A stretch of DNA of 64,000 nucleotides, from assembly GCA_964558355.1 (NCBI GenBank), contig CAZLDN010000005.1, forward strand, positions 10,818-74,817, in the 5' to 3' direction. The notes below the pieces were generated by a model. That model was not told the DNA's origin. It did not search any database and saw only the letters and a program-made list of their open reading frames with translations. The number at the start of each line of letters is the position of its first letter. Positions within the stretch are counted from its first letter, which is position 1. Made by a program: the position numbers and the translations under genes. Shown in pieces: positions 8,536-19,516 of this stretch. The DNA is from an uncultured Candidatus Solibacter sp. (lineage in GTDB: Bacteria; Acidobacteriota; Terriglobia; Bryobacterales; Bryobacteraceae).

Positions 8536-10485
8536 GTGAGGTTGCTTCGTATCCTCGCCTGTCTATTCGGATGCGCCAAGGCTTCTGTCGCTGCTGCCGC
8601 TGAAATCGGAGTCATCGATGCCAACGGCCGCCTCGCCGCCATGCTCTTTCGCGGCCAGGACGCCGCCATTCGCACCGATCTCATCCTCGCCAACAAGGGC
8701 TGGACCAGGTCCATCGGCCTCTCGTCCGCCGAAAACCTCACCGTCACCCGTGGCACTGAGTCCGTCTGGCAAGGCCGCCTGCCGCTCGACGCGACACACA
8801 AACTCCAATTCAGCCAAACCGTGTCCGAAGTCGACGGCCGCCTCCGCATCACGCTCGACTACACCGCCCTCCACGACCTCGACGCCCAGGGCCTCTACTT
8901 CCGCGTGAACATCCCATGGCCGGAGTTCAACGGCGGGACCGCCGAGGTCGGCAATCGCTCCGTCACCCTGCCCACCACGCTCCCCGCCAACGTCAATCTC
9001 CTCTACAACTCCGCCACCCAACTCAAGGCCCTCAGCCCCGCCGGCGACCTCTGGTGGTCGGCCGGTTTCAGCCGCGCCCTCAACGTCAACCTGCAGGATA
9101 AATCGACCGACGCCCCCAAGAACTTCGCCTTCTGGATCTACCTCCACTCCGGCTCCATGGCCGCCGGAACGCAGTCTTCATTCACCATCGAGCTTGCCCT
9201 CGACGGCGTCCCCGACGCATCGTCCGCCAGCCTCACCGTACTACCCGAGTCCAGCCGCTACCTCTTCCACGGCTTCGGCGGCAATTACTGCTTCCAGATC
9301 GAATCCCCCGTCACCGCCTACACGCTCGAGCACATCAACTCCCGTTGGGCCCGCACCGAGATGACGGTGATCGACTGGGAGCCTGAAAACGAAAACGATT
9401 CGCCCTACGACACCGACTACGGCCGCATGATCGAACACGACCAGCCCGGCACCCGTCTCCGCCATGAGTTCGAGCTGATGCGGACTCTCAAGGACAAGGG
9501 CATCCCCTTCGTCGCCTCCGTCTGGCGACTACCCGAGTGGCTCCTCGCCGACCGGGATTCCAAGGGCCCCACCGACCAGCAGCGCATCATCGACCCCGCC
9601 ATGTTCGACGAGGTGATCGAATCGCTGACCGCCTATATCCTCTACGCCCGCGACTTCTATGGCATCGAGCCGGACCTGTTCTCCTTCAACGAGCCTGATC
9701 TCGGCATCCGCATCCTCTTCACCCCCGAGGAGCACCGCGACGCCGTCAAACGCATCGGCCGCCACTTCGAGAGCATGGGCCTCCGCACCCGCATGTTGCT
9801 CGGCGACACCAGCCATGCCCGCGGCACCCACACCTACGTCCTGCCCGCCGCCGAAGACCCTGAAGCCCTCCAATACGCTGCTGCCATCTCCTTCCACTCC
9901 TGGAACGGAGCCACCCCCGAGCAGTACCAGGCCTGGGCTGACCTCGCCGAACGCCTTCAACTTCCCTTGCTCGTCGCCGAACTGGGAACCGACCCCAGCG
10001 GCTGGCAAGGCCGTGCCTACGACTCGTATTGGTACGGCATCGGCGAGCTTCAGCTCTACCAGGAACTCCTCACCCACGCCCGCCCTCAAGGGACCATGTA
10101 TTGGGAGTTCACCGCCGATTACTCGCTGGTCCGCATCGTTGGCGACGAGCTTCAACCCACCGGCCGGTTCTGGCTCACCAAGCAGCTCGCCAACCTGACG
10201 CCACCCATGTCCACTGCGTTGGAAGCCGCATCAGACCACCCCAAGGTGATGCTCACCGCGTTTCGCGCCGGCGACATCCACACCATCCACATCGCGAATC
10301 TGTCGTCCGCCAGGAACGCGACAATCACCGGCCTCCCTGCCGGCGTCGAATCCTGGCGAGCCGTCCTCACCACCGAAGACGCCGGCTTCGTCGAACTCGA
10401 TCCCCTCACTGCTCAGGACGGAGGCTTAGGCCTCTCCCTCCCCGCCCGCTCGCTCCTAACGCTAACCAACCTGCCGCAGCTCTGA
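8536..10485 (+). CDS. Secreted glycoside hydrolase, clan GH-A (GH30-like), with an N-terminal beta-rich domain
   Basis: Signal peptide MRLLRILACLFGCAKA. HGFGGNYCF resembles the GH30 GFGG motif. FNEPDL is an NEP acid/base motif. LLVAELGTD is a candidate nucleophile Glu. Confidence 0.5.
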   Translation: MRLLRILACLFGCAKASVAAAAEIGVIDANGRLAAMLFRGQDAAIRTDLILANKGWTRSIGLSSAENLTVTRGTESVWQGRLPLDATHKLQFSQTVSEVDGRLRITLDYTALHDLDAQGLYFRVNIPWPEFNGGTAEVGNRSVTLPTTLPANVNLLYNSATQLKALSPAGDLWWSAGFSRALNVNLQDKSTDAPKNFAFWIYLHSGSMAAGTQSSFTIELALDGVPDASSASLTVLPESSRYLFHGFGGNYCFQIESPVTAYTLEHINSRWARTEMTVIDWEPENENDSPYDTDYGRMIEHDQPGTRLRHEFELMRTLKDKGIPFVASVWRLPEWLLADRDSKGPTDQQRIIDPAMFDEVIESLTAYILYARDFYGIEPDLFSFNEPDLGIRILFTPEEHRDAVKRIGRHFESMGLRTRMLLGDTSHARGTHTYVLPAAEDPEALQYAAAISFHSWNGATPEQYQAWADLAERLQLPLLVAELGTDPSGWQGRAYDSYWYGIGELQLYQELLTHARPQGTMYWEFTADYSLVRIVGDELQPTGRFWLTKQLANLTPPMSTALEAASDHPKVMLTAFRAGDIHTIHIANLSSARNATITGLPAGVESWRAVLTTEDAGFVELDPLTAQDGGLGLSLPARSLLTLTNLPQL

Positions 10486-10487
10486 GG

Positions 10488-10530
10488 CCGCGAACGAAGA
10501 GTGCGGGTGGGGGCGTGATTTTCGACTGAG
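10488..10530 (+). repeat. Dispersed repeat, diverged long copy D
   Basis: CCGCGAACGAAGAGTGCGGGT matches the core at 19 of 21 positions and is followed by GATTTTCGACTGAG. It begins 3 nt after the stop of the GH gene. Confidence 0.5.
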
Positions 10531-10613
10531 TTCCACATGGCCGTTGCCGGCCGCAACAAGCCCTGAAAATGGCCATTTTCAGGGGAGCGGGTCCTCGACG
10601 GCGCCGTAGGCCC

Positions 10614-13058
10614 CTACCCCTTGACCACCAAATTCAACATCTTCCCCGCAACGTAAATCGCCTTCACCACCGTCTTGCCCGTCGTGTGCGCCTGCACGTT
10701 CGAATCCGCCAGCGCCGCCGCCTTAACCTCATCCTCGCTCGACCCATGCGGCACCGAAATCCGCGCCCGCAACTTCCCATTCACCTGCACCGGAATCTCC
10801 AGAGCCTCTTCGCGCGCCAGGTCGTCGGACCACTCGGGCCATGCCTGCTTGAACACCGGACCCGTCCGCCCCATCAACTGCCATAGCTCCTCGGCCGCGA
10901 ATGGCGCAAACGGCGCAATAAGCAGCGTCACCTTTTCGGCGCACTCCTTCCGCACCGCCGGCGACAACCCCGCCTCCGCCGCCTGCAACTCGTTCATCAT
11001 CTCCATCAACGCCGCGATCGACGTGTTGAAGTGCCACCGGTTGTCGAAATCGTGCGTGATCTTGCGAATCGTCTGATGCACTTTCCTCAGTGCCCGCGCA
11101 TCGGTCTCGCCGGAGCCCTCGCCGCCATCCATATTCCGTGTCACCCACCGGAACAGCCGCGACAGGAACCGGTACTGCCCCTCCACGGACGACTCGTTCC
11201 AGTCGATATTCTTCTCCGGCGGACCCGCGAACAGCGTAAACAGCCGGCTCGTATCCGCGCCATACTTCACCACCATCTCATCGGGATCGACGATGTTGCC
11301 CTTCGACTTCGACATCGTCTGCCCATGCAACTGCACCATCCCCTGCGTGAACAGATTCTTGAACGGCTCGTCCACCGCCACCAGCCCGATGTCGCGCAGG
11401 AACTTGCACCAGAACCGCGCATACAGCAGATGCAGAATCGCGTGCGTCACACCGCCGATATACTGATCCACGCCAAACCACGGCTTCGCTTTCGCCGCAT
11501 CGAACGGCAGCGACTCGTTCTTCGGATCGATGTAGCGCAGGAAATACCACGACGAATCTACGAACGTGTCCATCGTGTCGGTCTCGCGCTCTGCCGCCTC
11601 GCCGCACTTCGGACACGCCGTCTTCACGAACGACTCCAACTGCGCCAGTGGCGACTTGCCCTTGCCCGTGAACGCAACGTCCTTCGGCAGCACCACAGGC
11701 AACTGCTCTTCCGGCACCGGCACGATCCCGCACGCCTCGCAGTGGACCACCGGAATCGGCGTTCCCCAATAGCGCTGCCGTGAAACGCCCCAGTCCTTCA
11801 ACCGGTAAGTGATCGCCGCCTTGCCAAACCCCTGCTCCTCGGCCCGCGCAGCCATGCTCTTGCGCGCCTCGCCCGACGCCAACCCCGACCATTCGCCCGA
11901 TGCCTCCACCACCCCGTATTCGCAAAACGCCATCTCCATCGTCGCGCCATCGTCCAGCACGCCATCCGCGGGCCGGATCACCGGCCTGACATTGATGTCG
12001 TACTTCCGGCAAAACTCGAAATCGCGCTCGTCATGCGCCGGCACGGCCATGATCGCGCCCGTCCCATAGCCCCATAGGACGAAGTTGCCCACCCAGACCG
12101 GGATCTCCTCGCCCGAGTAAGGGTTCACCGCCGTATGGCCCGTATCGAACCCCTCTTTGACGAGCAGTTCAGGATCCTTGCGCGCCTGGTCGTCGACCAT
12201 CGCCTTCAGCGTCGCCGCCAAGCCGCCCGTGCAAAGCTCGCGCGACACCGGATGCTCCGGCGCCAGGATGACGCATGTCGCGCCATAAATCGTATCCACC
12301 CGCGTGGTGAACACGCGCAACTTCGCGCCCGTCGTCTTCAGTGTGAAATCGATCTCGGCGCCTTCACTCCGCCCGATCCAGTTCCGCTGCATCGCCAGCA
12401 CCTGCGGCGGCCAGCCTGCCTCGATCTGGCTCATGTCGTCCAGCAGTTCATCGGCATAGGCCGTGATCCGCAGGAACCACTGCACCAACTCCCGCTGCTC
12501 CACCGGCGTTGTCTCATGCCGCCAGCAGCAGCCTTCGACCACCTGCTCGTTCGCCAGCACCGTCGCGCACTCCGGGCACCAGTTCACCAGCGACGACTTC
12601 CTGTAAGCCAGCCCGCGTTCGAGCATCTTGAGGAAAATCCACTGGTTCCAGCGGTAATACTCCGGCTCGCATGTCGAAATCTCCCGCTCCCAGTCGTAGG
12701 CGAATCCCAGACGCTGAAGCTGTTTCTTCATGTGCGCGATGTTGGACCGTGTCCAGTCGCCCGGATGCAGGTTCCTCTTGATCGCCGCATTCTCCGCCGG
12801 CAACCCGAACGCATCCCAACCCATCGGGTGCAACACGTCGCAGCCCTTCATCCACATGAATCGCGCCAGCGTATCGCCGATGGAATAGTTGCGCACGTGC
12901 CCCATATGCAGCACGCCCGAAGGATACGGCAGCATCTCCAGCACGTAATAGCGCGGCTTCTGTCCGTCGTCGCCGGCCTTGTAAAGCGACGAATTGTCCG
13001 CCCAGGCTGCGGACCACTTCAATTCAATGGCTTCGTGTGTATACGGGGTTTCGGGCAT
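10614..13058 (-). CDS. leuS: Leucyl-tRNA synthetase
   Basis: Motifs [21 protein letters not shown] (HIGH) and KMSKSKGN (KMSKS). 814 aa, full-length class Ia architecture. Confidence 0.97.
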   Translation of the reverse strand: MPETPYTHEAIELKWSAAWADNSSLYKAGDDGQKPRYYVLEMLPYPSGVLHMGHVRNYSIGDTLARFMWMKGCDVLHPMGWDAFGLPAENAAIKRNLHPGDWTRSNIAHMKKQLQRLGFAYDWEREISTCEPEYYRWNQWIFLKMLERGLAYRKSSLVNWCPECATVLANEQVVEGCCWRHETTPVEQRELVQWFLRITAYADELLDDMSQIEAGWPPQVLAMQRNWIGRSEGAEIDFTLKTTGAKLRVFTTRVDTIYGATCVILAPEHPVSRELCTGGLAATLKAMVDDQARKDPELLVKEGFDTGHTAVNPYSGEEIPVWVGNFVLWGYGTGAIMAVPAHDERDFEFCRKYDINVRPVIRPADGVLDDGATMEMAFCEYGVVEASGEWSGLASGEARKSMAARAEEQGFGKAAITYRLKDWGVSRQRYWGTPIPVVHCEACGIVPVPEEQLPVVLPKDVAFTGKGKSPLAQLESFVKTACPKCGEAAERETDTMDTFVDSSWYFLRYIDPKNESLPFDAAKAKPWFGVDQYIGGVTHAILHLLYARFWCKFLRDIGLVAVDEPFKNLFTQGMVQLHGQTMSKSKGNIVDPDEMVVKYGADTSRLFTLFAGPPEKNIDWNESSVEGQYRFLSRLFRWVTRNMDGGEGSGETDARALRKVHQTIRKITHDFDNRWHFNTSIAALMEMMNELQAAEAGLSPAVRKECAEKVTLLIAPFAPFAAEELWQLMGRTGPVFKQAWPEWSDDLAREEALEIPVQVNGKLRARISVPHGSSEDEVKAAALADSNVQAHTTGKTVVKAIYVAGKMLNLVVKG

Positions 13059-13229
13059 GGCTTCTTCAGGTGTGCGCGGAGGCTCGCAGTGGGCATCCGC
13101 ACGCGTGGTTCCATTCTCTCACGCCCCGCCCGCCCCGCCGCCCCGGTGGGGCAGGCTTCAGCTTGCGAAGGGCTTCAGCCCGTCCGCCGCGGGGTAGCCG
13201 GGCATGCACAATGTCTTGCTTTCGAAAAC

Positions 13230-13529
13230 CTAATCGAATCCCAGCGGCTTCGGCGGCGGCTTCGTCGGATCGTCTTCCTTCGCCTGTTTCAACAATTCGT
13301 CAAACTTCGCCGACAGCACGTCCTTCGAACTCTTTACCTGCTCGAACGACTTATTAAACGCCGCCTCGCGCTCCGCCTTCTGCGTCTTCAGCCTCTCCAG
13401 CCCCGTGCTGATGTCGTCGATCGTCCTCGGCCGTACCTTCTCCTTATGGCTCAGGATCGCCTTCACCTGCGCGTCCACCTTCAGCGTCGCCCCACAACAC
13501 GGACATTCGACTTCAAATTGATTTGCCAT
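13230..13529 (-). CDS. Small zinc-ribbon / coiled-coil protein, function unknown
   Basis: CPCCGATLKVD at the N-terminus, then a Lys/Glu-rich helix. It starts 9 nt after the thioesterase stop, so it is probably co-transcribed. Confidence 0.55.
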   Translation of the reverse strand: MANQFEVECPCCGATLKVDAQVKAILSHKEKVRPRTIDDISTGLERLKTQKAEREAAFNKSFEQVKSSKDVLSAKFDELLKQAKEDDPTKPPPKPLGFD

Positions 13530-13538
13530 GGCTCACCG

Positions 13539-13958
13539 CTATTCTACGCCCGATCCGCCCCGCTCTAACGCCGCCGCCATTTCCGCCGGCAGCGCCACCG
13601 GCCGTTCCGTCGCCACCGATATGCACACCACCGTCATCCGCCCACGCGCCACTGGCGCACCCTCCCGCGACGCGTCGAAATACAGCGTGAACGACGTCTC
13701 CCCGACGCGTTCAACGCTCAACTCCATATCCACCACGTCGTCATACTTCAGCGCCGCCATGAACTGCGCCTCCACATGCACCCGTGGAAACGAAACGCCC
13801 TGCGACGGCTCAAACCTCGAGTACGGTATCCCCGCGGCTCGCAGAAACTCGTCCTCGGTAGCCTCCAGATAGCGGAACATCGCCGAGTAATGAATGCGCC
13901 CCGAAGAGTCGGTCTCGGAGAAGCGAACTCGTGAGCGCCATACGAACGGTTCCGGCAT
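13539..13958 (-). CDS. Acyl-CoA thioesterase, 4HBT/YbgC hot-dog family
   Basis: Motif RVRFSETDSSGRIHYSAMFRYLEATEDEFLRAAG. The start was moved to M17 (MPEPFVW), because the longer ORF would run into the divergent gene's promoter. Confidence 0.8.
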   Translation of the reverse strand: MPEPFVWRSRVRFSETDSSGRIHYSAMFRYLEATEDEFLRAAGIPYSRFEPSQGVSFPRVHVEAQFMAALKYDDVVDMELSVERVGETSFTLYFDASREGAPVARGRMTVVCISVATERPVALPAEMAAALERGGSGVE

Positions 13959-14029
13959 GGATCTATTTTGCGACAAACTTACCTGAATCCGCGACAGGAA
14001 ATACAATCAAACTGGAAGGACTACCGTTC

Positions 14030-15136
14030 ATGAGACTCCTCGCCCTGCTCCTCTGCCTCGCATCTCTCTCCGCCGCGGCGCAATGGAAGCAACACATCGT
14101 CGCCTCGGGCTTCCTCAACCAAACCGTCATCGCGGCCGACTTTACAGGCGACGGCAAACCCGACGTCATCACCAACGACTACAAACGGACCCTCCTCTTC
14201 GTCGCCCCCAACTGGCAGCAGGTCGTCCTCCACTCTGGTCTCCACGCCATCCACTCCGCCGTCATGGATGTCGACGCTGACGGTGACGTCGACTTCATCG
14301 GGACCACATACAGCCCGGCCACCGTCTTCTGGCTCGAACGCCCCGCCAACCCGCTCACCGCCGTCTGGCCCTTCCACCTCATCGATTCCACCGCCACCGG
14401 CGGCGTCGACGGCGTCCATGGCCTGCTCGCCGGCGACATCAACGGCGACCGCAAACCCGACCTCGCCGCCACAAGCGGTCAACCCACCGGTCCCTTCGCC
14501 AACTCCGTCGTCTGGTTCGAACGTTCACCCAACCCCAAGCTCCCCTGGATCCGCCATTGGGCAGCCCGCGGCGACGCTCCGGGGCTCAACCACTATGTCG
14601 GCATCGGCGACGTCGACGGCGACGGCCGTGCCGATCTCGCCACTGCCGGCAAGGACGCGCCCGGCGGAAACTGGTTTGCCTGGTGGAAGCAACCCGCCGG
14701 AGATGGGCCCTGGAAGAAGACCTTGCTCGCCGAAAACCAGCAAGGCGCGACCAACATCCTCATTGCCGACCTTAACGGCGACCGCAAGCCGGACTTCGCC
14801 GCCTCCCGCGGCCATGGCAAGGGCGTCATCTGGTTCGAAGCCCCCTCTTGGCGCCTCCACGAAATCGACCCCGCGATTGCCGGCCCCCACTCGCTCGCCG
14901 TCGCCGACATCGACAATGACGGTGACATCGACATCGCCACCTGCGCCAAGGACAGCCGCCAGGCCGCCTGGTACGAGAACAACGGAAAGGGCCAGTTCAC
15001 CAGGCACCTCATCGGGTCCGAACAATCCAGCTACGACGTCCGTCTTGTCGACATGGACGGCGACGGCGACCTCGACCTTCTCGTCTGCGGCGAACAGAGC
15101 CGAAACGTGGTCTGGCACGAAAACCCAAGGCGCTAA
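14030..15136 (+). CDS. Secreted FG-GAP/VCBS repeat (beta-propeller) protein
   Basis: Signal peptide MRLLALLLCLASLSAAAQ. Repeated motifs DFTGDGKPDV, DVDADGDVDF, DINGDRKPDL, DVDGDGRADL, DIDNDGDIDI, DMDGDGDLDL. The start is supported by TACAAT (14002-14007) plus SD GGAAGGA. Confidence 0.8.
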   Translation: MRLLALLLCLASLSAAAQWKQHIVASGFLNQTVIAADFTGDGKPDVITNDYKRTLLFVAPNWQQVVLHSGLHAIHSAVMDVDADGDVDFIGTTYSPATVFWLERPANPLTAVWPFHLIDSTATGGVDGVHGLLAGDINGDRKPDLAATSGQPTGPFANSVVWFERSPNPKLPWIRHWAARGDAPGLNHYVGIGDVDGDGRADLATAGKDAPGGNWFAWWKQPAGDGPWKKTLLAENQQGATNILIADLNGDRKPDFAASRGHGKGVIWFEAPSWRLHEIDPAIAGPHSLAVADIDNDGDIDIATCAKDSRQAAWYENNGKGQFTRHLIGSEQSSYDVRLVDMDGDGDLDLLVCGEQSRNVVWHENPRR

Positions 15137-15305
15137 AACCCCGTCTCCGAAACTCGCTGAATCTGGCTGCAACCGAACCCTGAGGCGCCCCAACGCCCCC
15201 TGTGGAGTCCGCAAACGCAGACAGTCCCCATGGCCCCGTTGGGCCACCTAAGTTGATGAAAATGCGATCTGTCGATTATTCCCTCGCACTCCCCACTCGC
15301 GCAGG

Positions 15306-15326
15306 CCGCGAACGCAGAGAGCGGGT
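15306..15326 (+). repeat. Dispersed repeat, core-only copy B1
   Basis: Exact 21-nt core CCGCGAACGCAGAGAGCGGGT. Confidence 0.6.
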
Positions 15327-15349
15327 GCAGGAACGAATCCGCGCAAGAA

Positions 15350-15393
15350 CCGCGAACGCAGAGAGCGGGTTGCCGGCACAATTTTCAACGGAG
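15350..15393 (+). repeat. Dispersed repeat, long copy B2
   Basis: Exact core plus TGCCGGCACAATTTTCAACGGAG. It lies 24 nt downstream of copy B1. Confidence 0.65.
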
Positions 15394-15419
15394 TGGGATC
15401 AGGTCCGGCCGCGCCAGGT

Positions 15420-15899
15420 TTACTTGATCTCCGGACTGGAAGCCGTGGGCGGATCCGCGCCCCAGTTCTCACGAACCACTAGACTCTGATCGGAGTAGAA
15501 CGTCCGGCGGCCGGTCGAATTGAATGCCTGCGGAACGGCAGTCACCTGGTAGCCTTCCTGGGTGGGCGCGACGGTGAAACGGTAACCGGTCTTTTCGCCT
15601 TTTGCCAGATCGCCCGAAATCAGGTCCGCGGCAGCCGGACCGGCTGAACCGCCCGCCGGCGGGCCAAGCTGCAACAGGCTCTCGGCGAACTTGCCGAACT
15701 GCGAAAAATACTGCGTCTGAGCAGTGTGGATGGTATTGATCTGCCGGATGGCGGCCATCTCCTGAGAGTGCATGCGGGCGGTGTTCAACTTCGGAACCGC
15801 GATAGCCGCGATCACCAGGATGATCGCGATCACGATCAGCAACTCGATCAGCGAGAAGCCGCTCGCGCGGCGAAGAGCTTTCCTGTGGTTATGCAACAT
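15420..15899 (-). CDS. Type IV pilin-like protein (prepilin N-terminal cleavage/methylation domain)
   Basis: Motif RRASGFSLIELLIVIAIILVIAAIAVP, i.e. a G/F cleavage site, Glu+5 and a hydrophobic helix. Confidence 0.85.
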   Translation of the reverse strand: MLHNHRKALRRASGFSLIELLIVIAIILVIAAIAVPKLNTARMHSQEMAAIRQINTIHTAQTQYFSQFGKFAESLLQLGPPAGGSAGPAAADLISGDLAKGEKTGYRFTVAPTQEGYQVTAVPQAFNSTGRRTFYSDQSLVVRENWGADPPTASSPEIK

Positions 15900-16048
15900 G
15901 GCCGTGGATATCCTTACAATCCTTTTCTATACCATTGGAGACGCCGCCGGGGGCGCAAGCGTGGATGGCGTCAAACATTGTTGAAGCGGACAAAGGCGAT
16001 TCCACAAGCCTGCAAGGGCGTGCAATCTGACGCCCGCGGCGATCTCCA

Positions 16049-17698
16049 TCACTCCTCGACGCCTTCATCGAACAGAGGATTTGCCTCTTTCTTCAGCCGG
16101 ATCTGCCGGTACTGGCTGGCGGCCGCGACAAATGCGCTGAACAGCGGATGAGGTTCCAGCGGCTTCGATTTGAACTCGGGGTGAAACTGGCAGCCCAGGA
16201 ACCACGGATGGCCTGGCGCCTCGCAGATCTCGACGAACTTGCCGTCCTCGCTCTGGCCGGTGATCCTCAATCCCTTCGATGTCAGCGCCTGCTCGAACTG
16301 CCGGTTGAACTCATACCGGTGGCGGTGGCGTTCGCTGATCTTCCCGACGCCGTACGCCTCGCGCGCGAACGACCCTTCCGACAGCAGGCAATCGTATGCG
16401 CCCAGCCGCATCGTCCCGCCAAGCTCCTCGACTCCAAGCAGGTCGCGCAGCTTATAGATGACCGGATGGGGCGTGGCGGCCTCGAACTCGGTCGAATCCG
16501 CCAGCCCCAGACCGCAGACGTTGCGGGCGTACTCGATCACTGCCGTCTGCATCCCCAGGCAGATGCCGAAATACGGGACATGCTTTTCGCGGGCGTAGCG
16601 GATGGCGTTCAACATGCCCTCGATGCCGCGCTTGCCAAAGCCGCCGGGTACCAACAGACCGTCGTAATGCGAAAGCTCCTCGGCGCACCCCGGCCACTTC
16701 AGGTTCTCGCTCTCGATCCAACTCATGCGGACCTTGAGGTTGTGATGGATGCCTCCGTGCAGAAGAGCTTCCTTCAGGCTCTTGTAGGAGTCCTCGTAGT
16801 TGACATACTTGCCGACCAGCCCGATGAGGACCTCGTCTTCGGGGTTGCGCATCCGGTCCAGCATGGCGCTCCAGCGGGAAAGGTCGCGCGGGGCGGGATT
16901 GTCGATCTGAAACTGGCGGAGGATGATCTCGTCGACGTGCTGGTCGGCGAAGTTGATCGGGATCTGGTAAACGGTATCGACGTCATAGGCGCTGATGACG
17001 GCATCGCGGTCCACGTCGCAGAACAGGGCGATCTTGTCGCGCAGATCGTCGGGCAGGGGATGTTCGGAGCGGCAGACAAGGATGTCGGGCTGGATACCCA
17101 TGGCGCGCAGTTCCTTGACCGAGTGCTGGGTCGGTTTGGTCTTCAGTTCCTGCGCGGCGGCGATCCAGGGGACCAGTGTGACGTGGACGAACAGTGTATT
17201 GCGCCTGCCGAGTTCGTGGCGCATCTGGCGGATGGCCTCGGTGAACGGCTGCGACTCGATGTCGCCCACCGTGCCGCCGATCTCGCAGATCACCACGTCA
17301 ACGTCACCCGAGACCTTGTGCGCCGCCGCCTTGATCTCGTTGGTGACGTGCGGGATCACCTGAACCGTCTTGCCAAGATAGTCGCCGCGGCGCTCCTTCT
17401 GAATGATGCGCTCGTAGATGCGGCCCGACGTGAGGTTGTTGTTCTTGGTGAGGTGGGCGTGGGTGAAACGCTCGTAGTGGCCGAGGTCGAGGTCGGTTTC
17501 GGCGCCGTCGTCGGTGACGAAGACTTCGCCGTGCTGGAAGGGACTCATGGTGCCTGGATCGACATTCAGGTAAGGGTCGAACTTCTGCATGTTGACCCTC
17601 AGGCCCCGGCTTTCGAGCAGGCAGCCGATGGATGCGGCGGCGATCCCCTTGCCAAGGGATGAGACCACGCCGCCGGTGACGAAGATGTATTTAGCCAT
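16049..17698 (-). CDS. pyrG: CTP synthase
   Basis: N-terminus [19 protein letters not shown] and GATase motif GICLGMQ. The start was trimmed to the conserved N-terminus. It overlaps the kdsB stop by 8 nt. Confidence 0.97.
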   Translation of the reverse strand: MAKYIFVTGGVVSSLGKGIAAASIGCLLESRGLRVNMQKFDPYLNVDPGTMSPFQHGEVFVTDDGAETDLDLGHYERFTHAHLTKNNNLTSGRIYERIIQKERRGDYLGKTVQVIPHVTNEIKAAAHKVSGDVDVVICEIGGTVGDIESQPFTEAIRQMRHELGRRNTLFVHVTLVPWIAAAQELKTKPTQHSVKELRAMGIQPDILVCRSEHPLPDDLRDKIALFCDVDRDAVISAYDVDTVYQIPINFADQHVDEIILRQFQIDNPAPRDLSRWSAMLDRMRNPEDEVLIGLVGKYVNYEDSYKSLKEALLHGGIHHNLKVRMSWIESENLKWPGCAEELSHYDGLLVPGGFGKRGIEGMLNAIRYAREKHVPYFGICLGMQTAVIEYARNVCGLGLADSTEFEAATPHPVIYKLRDLLGVEELGGTMRLGAYDCLLSEGSFAREAYGVGKISERHRHRYEFNRQFEQALTSKGLRITGQSEDGKFVEICEAPGHPWFLGCQFHPEFKSKPLEPHPLFSAFVAAASQYRQIRLKKEANPLFDEGVEE

Positions 17699-18467
17699 CG
17701 TTTTTGTGAGGTAGGGAGAGAGGAGGGGAAGAAGCGAAGATCCGTTCCACCGCCGCCAGATCCTCGGGCGTATCGACACCGATCGTGTCGTAGCTGGTCT
17801 CGGCGACGCGGATAGGAATGCCGTTTTCAAGCGCCCGAAGCTGTTCGAGCTTCTCGGCCTGCTCCAGCGGGCCTACGGGCAGCGAGGAATAAGCCAGCAG
17901 CAGATCGCGGCGGTAGATATAGAGGCCGATATGCTTGAAGTAGCCCGCCGACGGACCCCGCTGGTACGGGATGGGGGATCGGGAAAAGTACAACGCATCG
18001 CCGTTGCTGGCGGTCACCACTTTGACGACGTTTGGATTCTGTATCTCCGAATCGTCCGTGATACGTCGTTTCAATGACGCCATTTGACATTGCGCGTCGT
18101 CTAACAGCGTGAGGATCGCGGCGTCGATGGCGTCGGGATCGATCAGCGGCTCGTCGCCCTGGATGTTGACGATGATGCCGGCGTCGGCGGATTTGGCGGC
18201 CTCGGCGGCGCGGTCGGTACCCGAAAGGTGATCGGAACGGGTCATCGCAACCTCAGCGCCAAAAGCGCGGGCCGCGGATTCGATACGGGCGTCGTCGGTG
18301 GCGACGACAAGACGGGAAAGGTACCTGGACTGAGAGGCGCGCTCCCAGACATGTTGAATGAGAGGCTTACCGGCGAGGATGGCGATAGGTTTGCCTGGGA
18401 ATCGAGTGGAGGCGTAGCGGGCGGGAATGACACCCAGAATCGACGGGGGCACGTTCGAGTCTAGCAC
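17691..18467 (-). CDS. kdsB: 3-deoxy-manno-octulosonate cytidylyltransferase (CMP-KDO synthetase)
   Basis: Motifs [17 protein letters not shown] and [10 protein letters not shown]. Confidence 0.93.
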   Translation of the reverse strand: MLDSNVPPSILGVIPARYASTRFPGKPIAILAGKPLIQHVWERASQSRYLSRLVVATDDARIESAARAFGAEVAMTRSDHLSGTDRAAEAAKSADAGIIVNIQGDEPLIDPDAIDAAILTLLDDAQCQMASLKRRITDDSEIQNPNVVKVVTASNGDALYFSRSPIPYQRGPSAGYFKHIGLYIYRRDLLLAYSSLPVGPLEQAEKLEQLRALENGIPIRVAETSYDTIGVDTPEDLAAVERIFASSPPLSLPHKNDG

Positions 18468-18478
18468 AAAAAGAAGCC

Positions 18479-19516
18479 ATGTTATACTCGGGTTACCGAA
18501 ATGGGGAGGGATTATTGAGGAGAGGATTGAAGTCCTTATTTCTCATTGTCTTGAGCGGCGTCGTGGGCGGCCTGGCCCTTGGCGGAGCCCTTGCCTGGGC
18601 GCAACAGGCGCGTCCCAGTATCACGCCCCGTCCCAAGCCCGCTTCGGAGATCCCCGAGAGCGAGCGCATCACCCCCAATCTCCGCATCGACACCAATCTT
18701 GTCCTGATCCCCGTCACCGTCACCACCCCGCTCAATCAGTTCGTCACCGGCATGGAAAAGAAGAACTTCCGCCTGCTCGAGGAAAAAGTCGAACAGGAAA
18801 TCTCCTACTTCGGCAGCTTCGATGCGCCCTTGTCGATCGGCCTTGTCTTCGACGCCAGCGGTTCGATGGGCAGCAAGCTGTCGAAAAGCCGCGAGGCGGC
18901 GGCGCAGTTTTTTAGGAAGGCGAATCCGGAGGATGAGTTTTTCCTGATCCAGTTCAACGACCGCCCGCAACTGGTGATGGACTTCACCCGTAGCACCGAA
19001 GAGATCCAAAGCCGCCTCACTTTCACCCAGGCCAAGGGCCGCACCGCCTTGCTCGACGGCATCTACATGGCCCTGAACCAGCTCAAAAAAGGCAAGAATC
19101 CGCGCAAGGCGCTGCTCATCATCTCCGACGGCGGCGACAACTCGAGCCGCTACTCGGAAAGCGAAGTGCGCAACCTCATCAGGGAAGCCGACGCACAGAT
19201 GTACGCGATGGGTATCTTTGAATCGATCGGTTCTCGCGGCCGGACGGCGGAAGAGATGGCTGGTCCGGGACTGCTCGACGAACTGGCTCAGATGACCGGC
19301 GGACGCCATTTCCCGGTCGAAAATTTGAACGATCTGCCCGACATCGCCGCTAAGATCGGCACCGAGCTTCGCAACCAATACGTGCTCGGCTACATCTCGC
19401 GGAATCTGGCGCGCGACGGCAAGTACCGCCGGGTCCAGGTAAAATTGAATCAGCCGCGTGGCATGCCGCCTCTCCGCGCCATCCACCGGCAGGGCTACTA
19501 TGCGCCGAATCAATAG
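18479..19516 (+). CDS. VWA-domain protein of the acidobacterial VWFA-related type
   Basis: MIDAS motif DASGSM, plus ISDGGDNSS. The N-terminal beta-sandwich LVLIPVTVT and the tail YRRVQVKL...GYYAP are typical of this family. The true start may be TTG 18515 (SD GGGGAGGGA; TATACT at 18483-18488). Confidence 0.82.
   Translation: MLYSGYRNGEGLLRRGLKSLFLIVLSGVVGGLALGGALAWAQQARPSITPRPKPASEIPESERITPNLRIDTNLVLIPVTVTTPLNQFVTGMEKKNFRLLEEKVEQEISYFGSFDAPLSIGLVFDASGSMGSKLSKSREAAAQFFRKANPEDEFFLIQFNDRPQLVMDFTRSTEEIQSRLTFTQAKGRTALLDGIYMALNQLKKGKNPRKALLIISDGGDNSSRYSESEVRNLIREADAQMYAMGIFESIGSRGRTAEEMAGPGLLDELAQMTGGRHFPVENLNDLPDIAAKIGTELRNQYVLGYISRNLARDGKYRRVQVKLNQPRGMPPLRAIHRQGYYAPNQ

Noticed and set aside
12135-13568. 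477-aa plus-strand ORF overlapping leuS
   Set aside because: It is antisense to leuS. It is Arg/Leu/Pro-rich with no motifs, so it is a shadow ORF. The same reasoning applies to 16148-17662 (antisense to pyrG), 60659-62191 (helicase), 33117-34568, 31920-33059 and 29681-30595 (che genes), 45050-46186 (S8 protease) and 57118-59771 (uvrA).
15209-15229. Sixth copy of the dispersed repeat (CCGCAAACGCAGACAGTCCCC)
   Set aside because: It matches the core at only 14 of 21 positions. It may be a decayed relic, but that is too weak to call as a feature.
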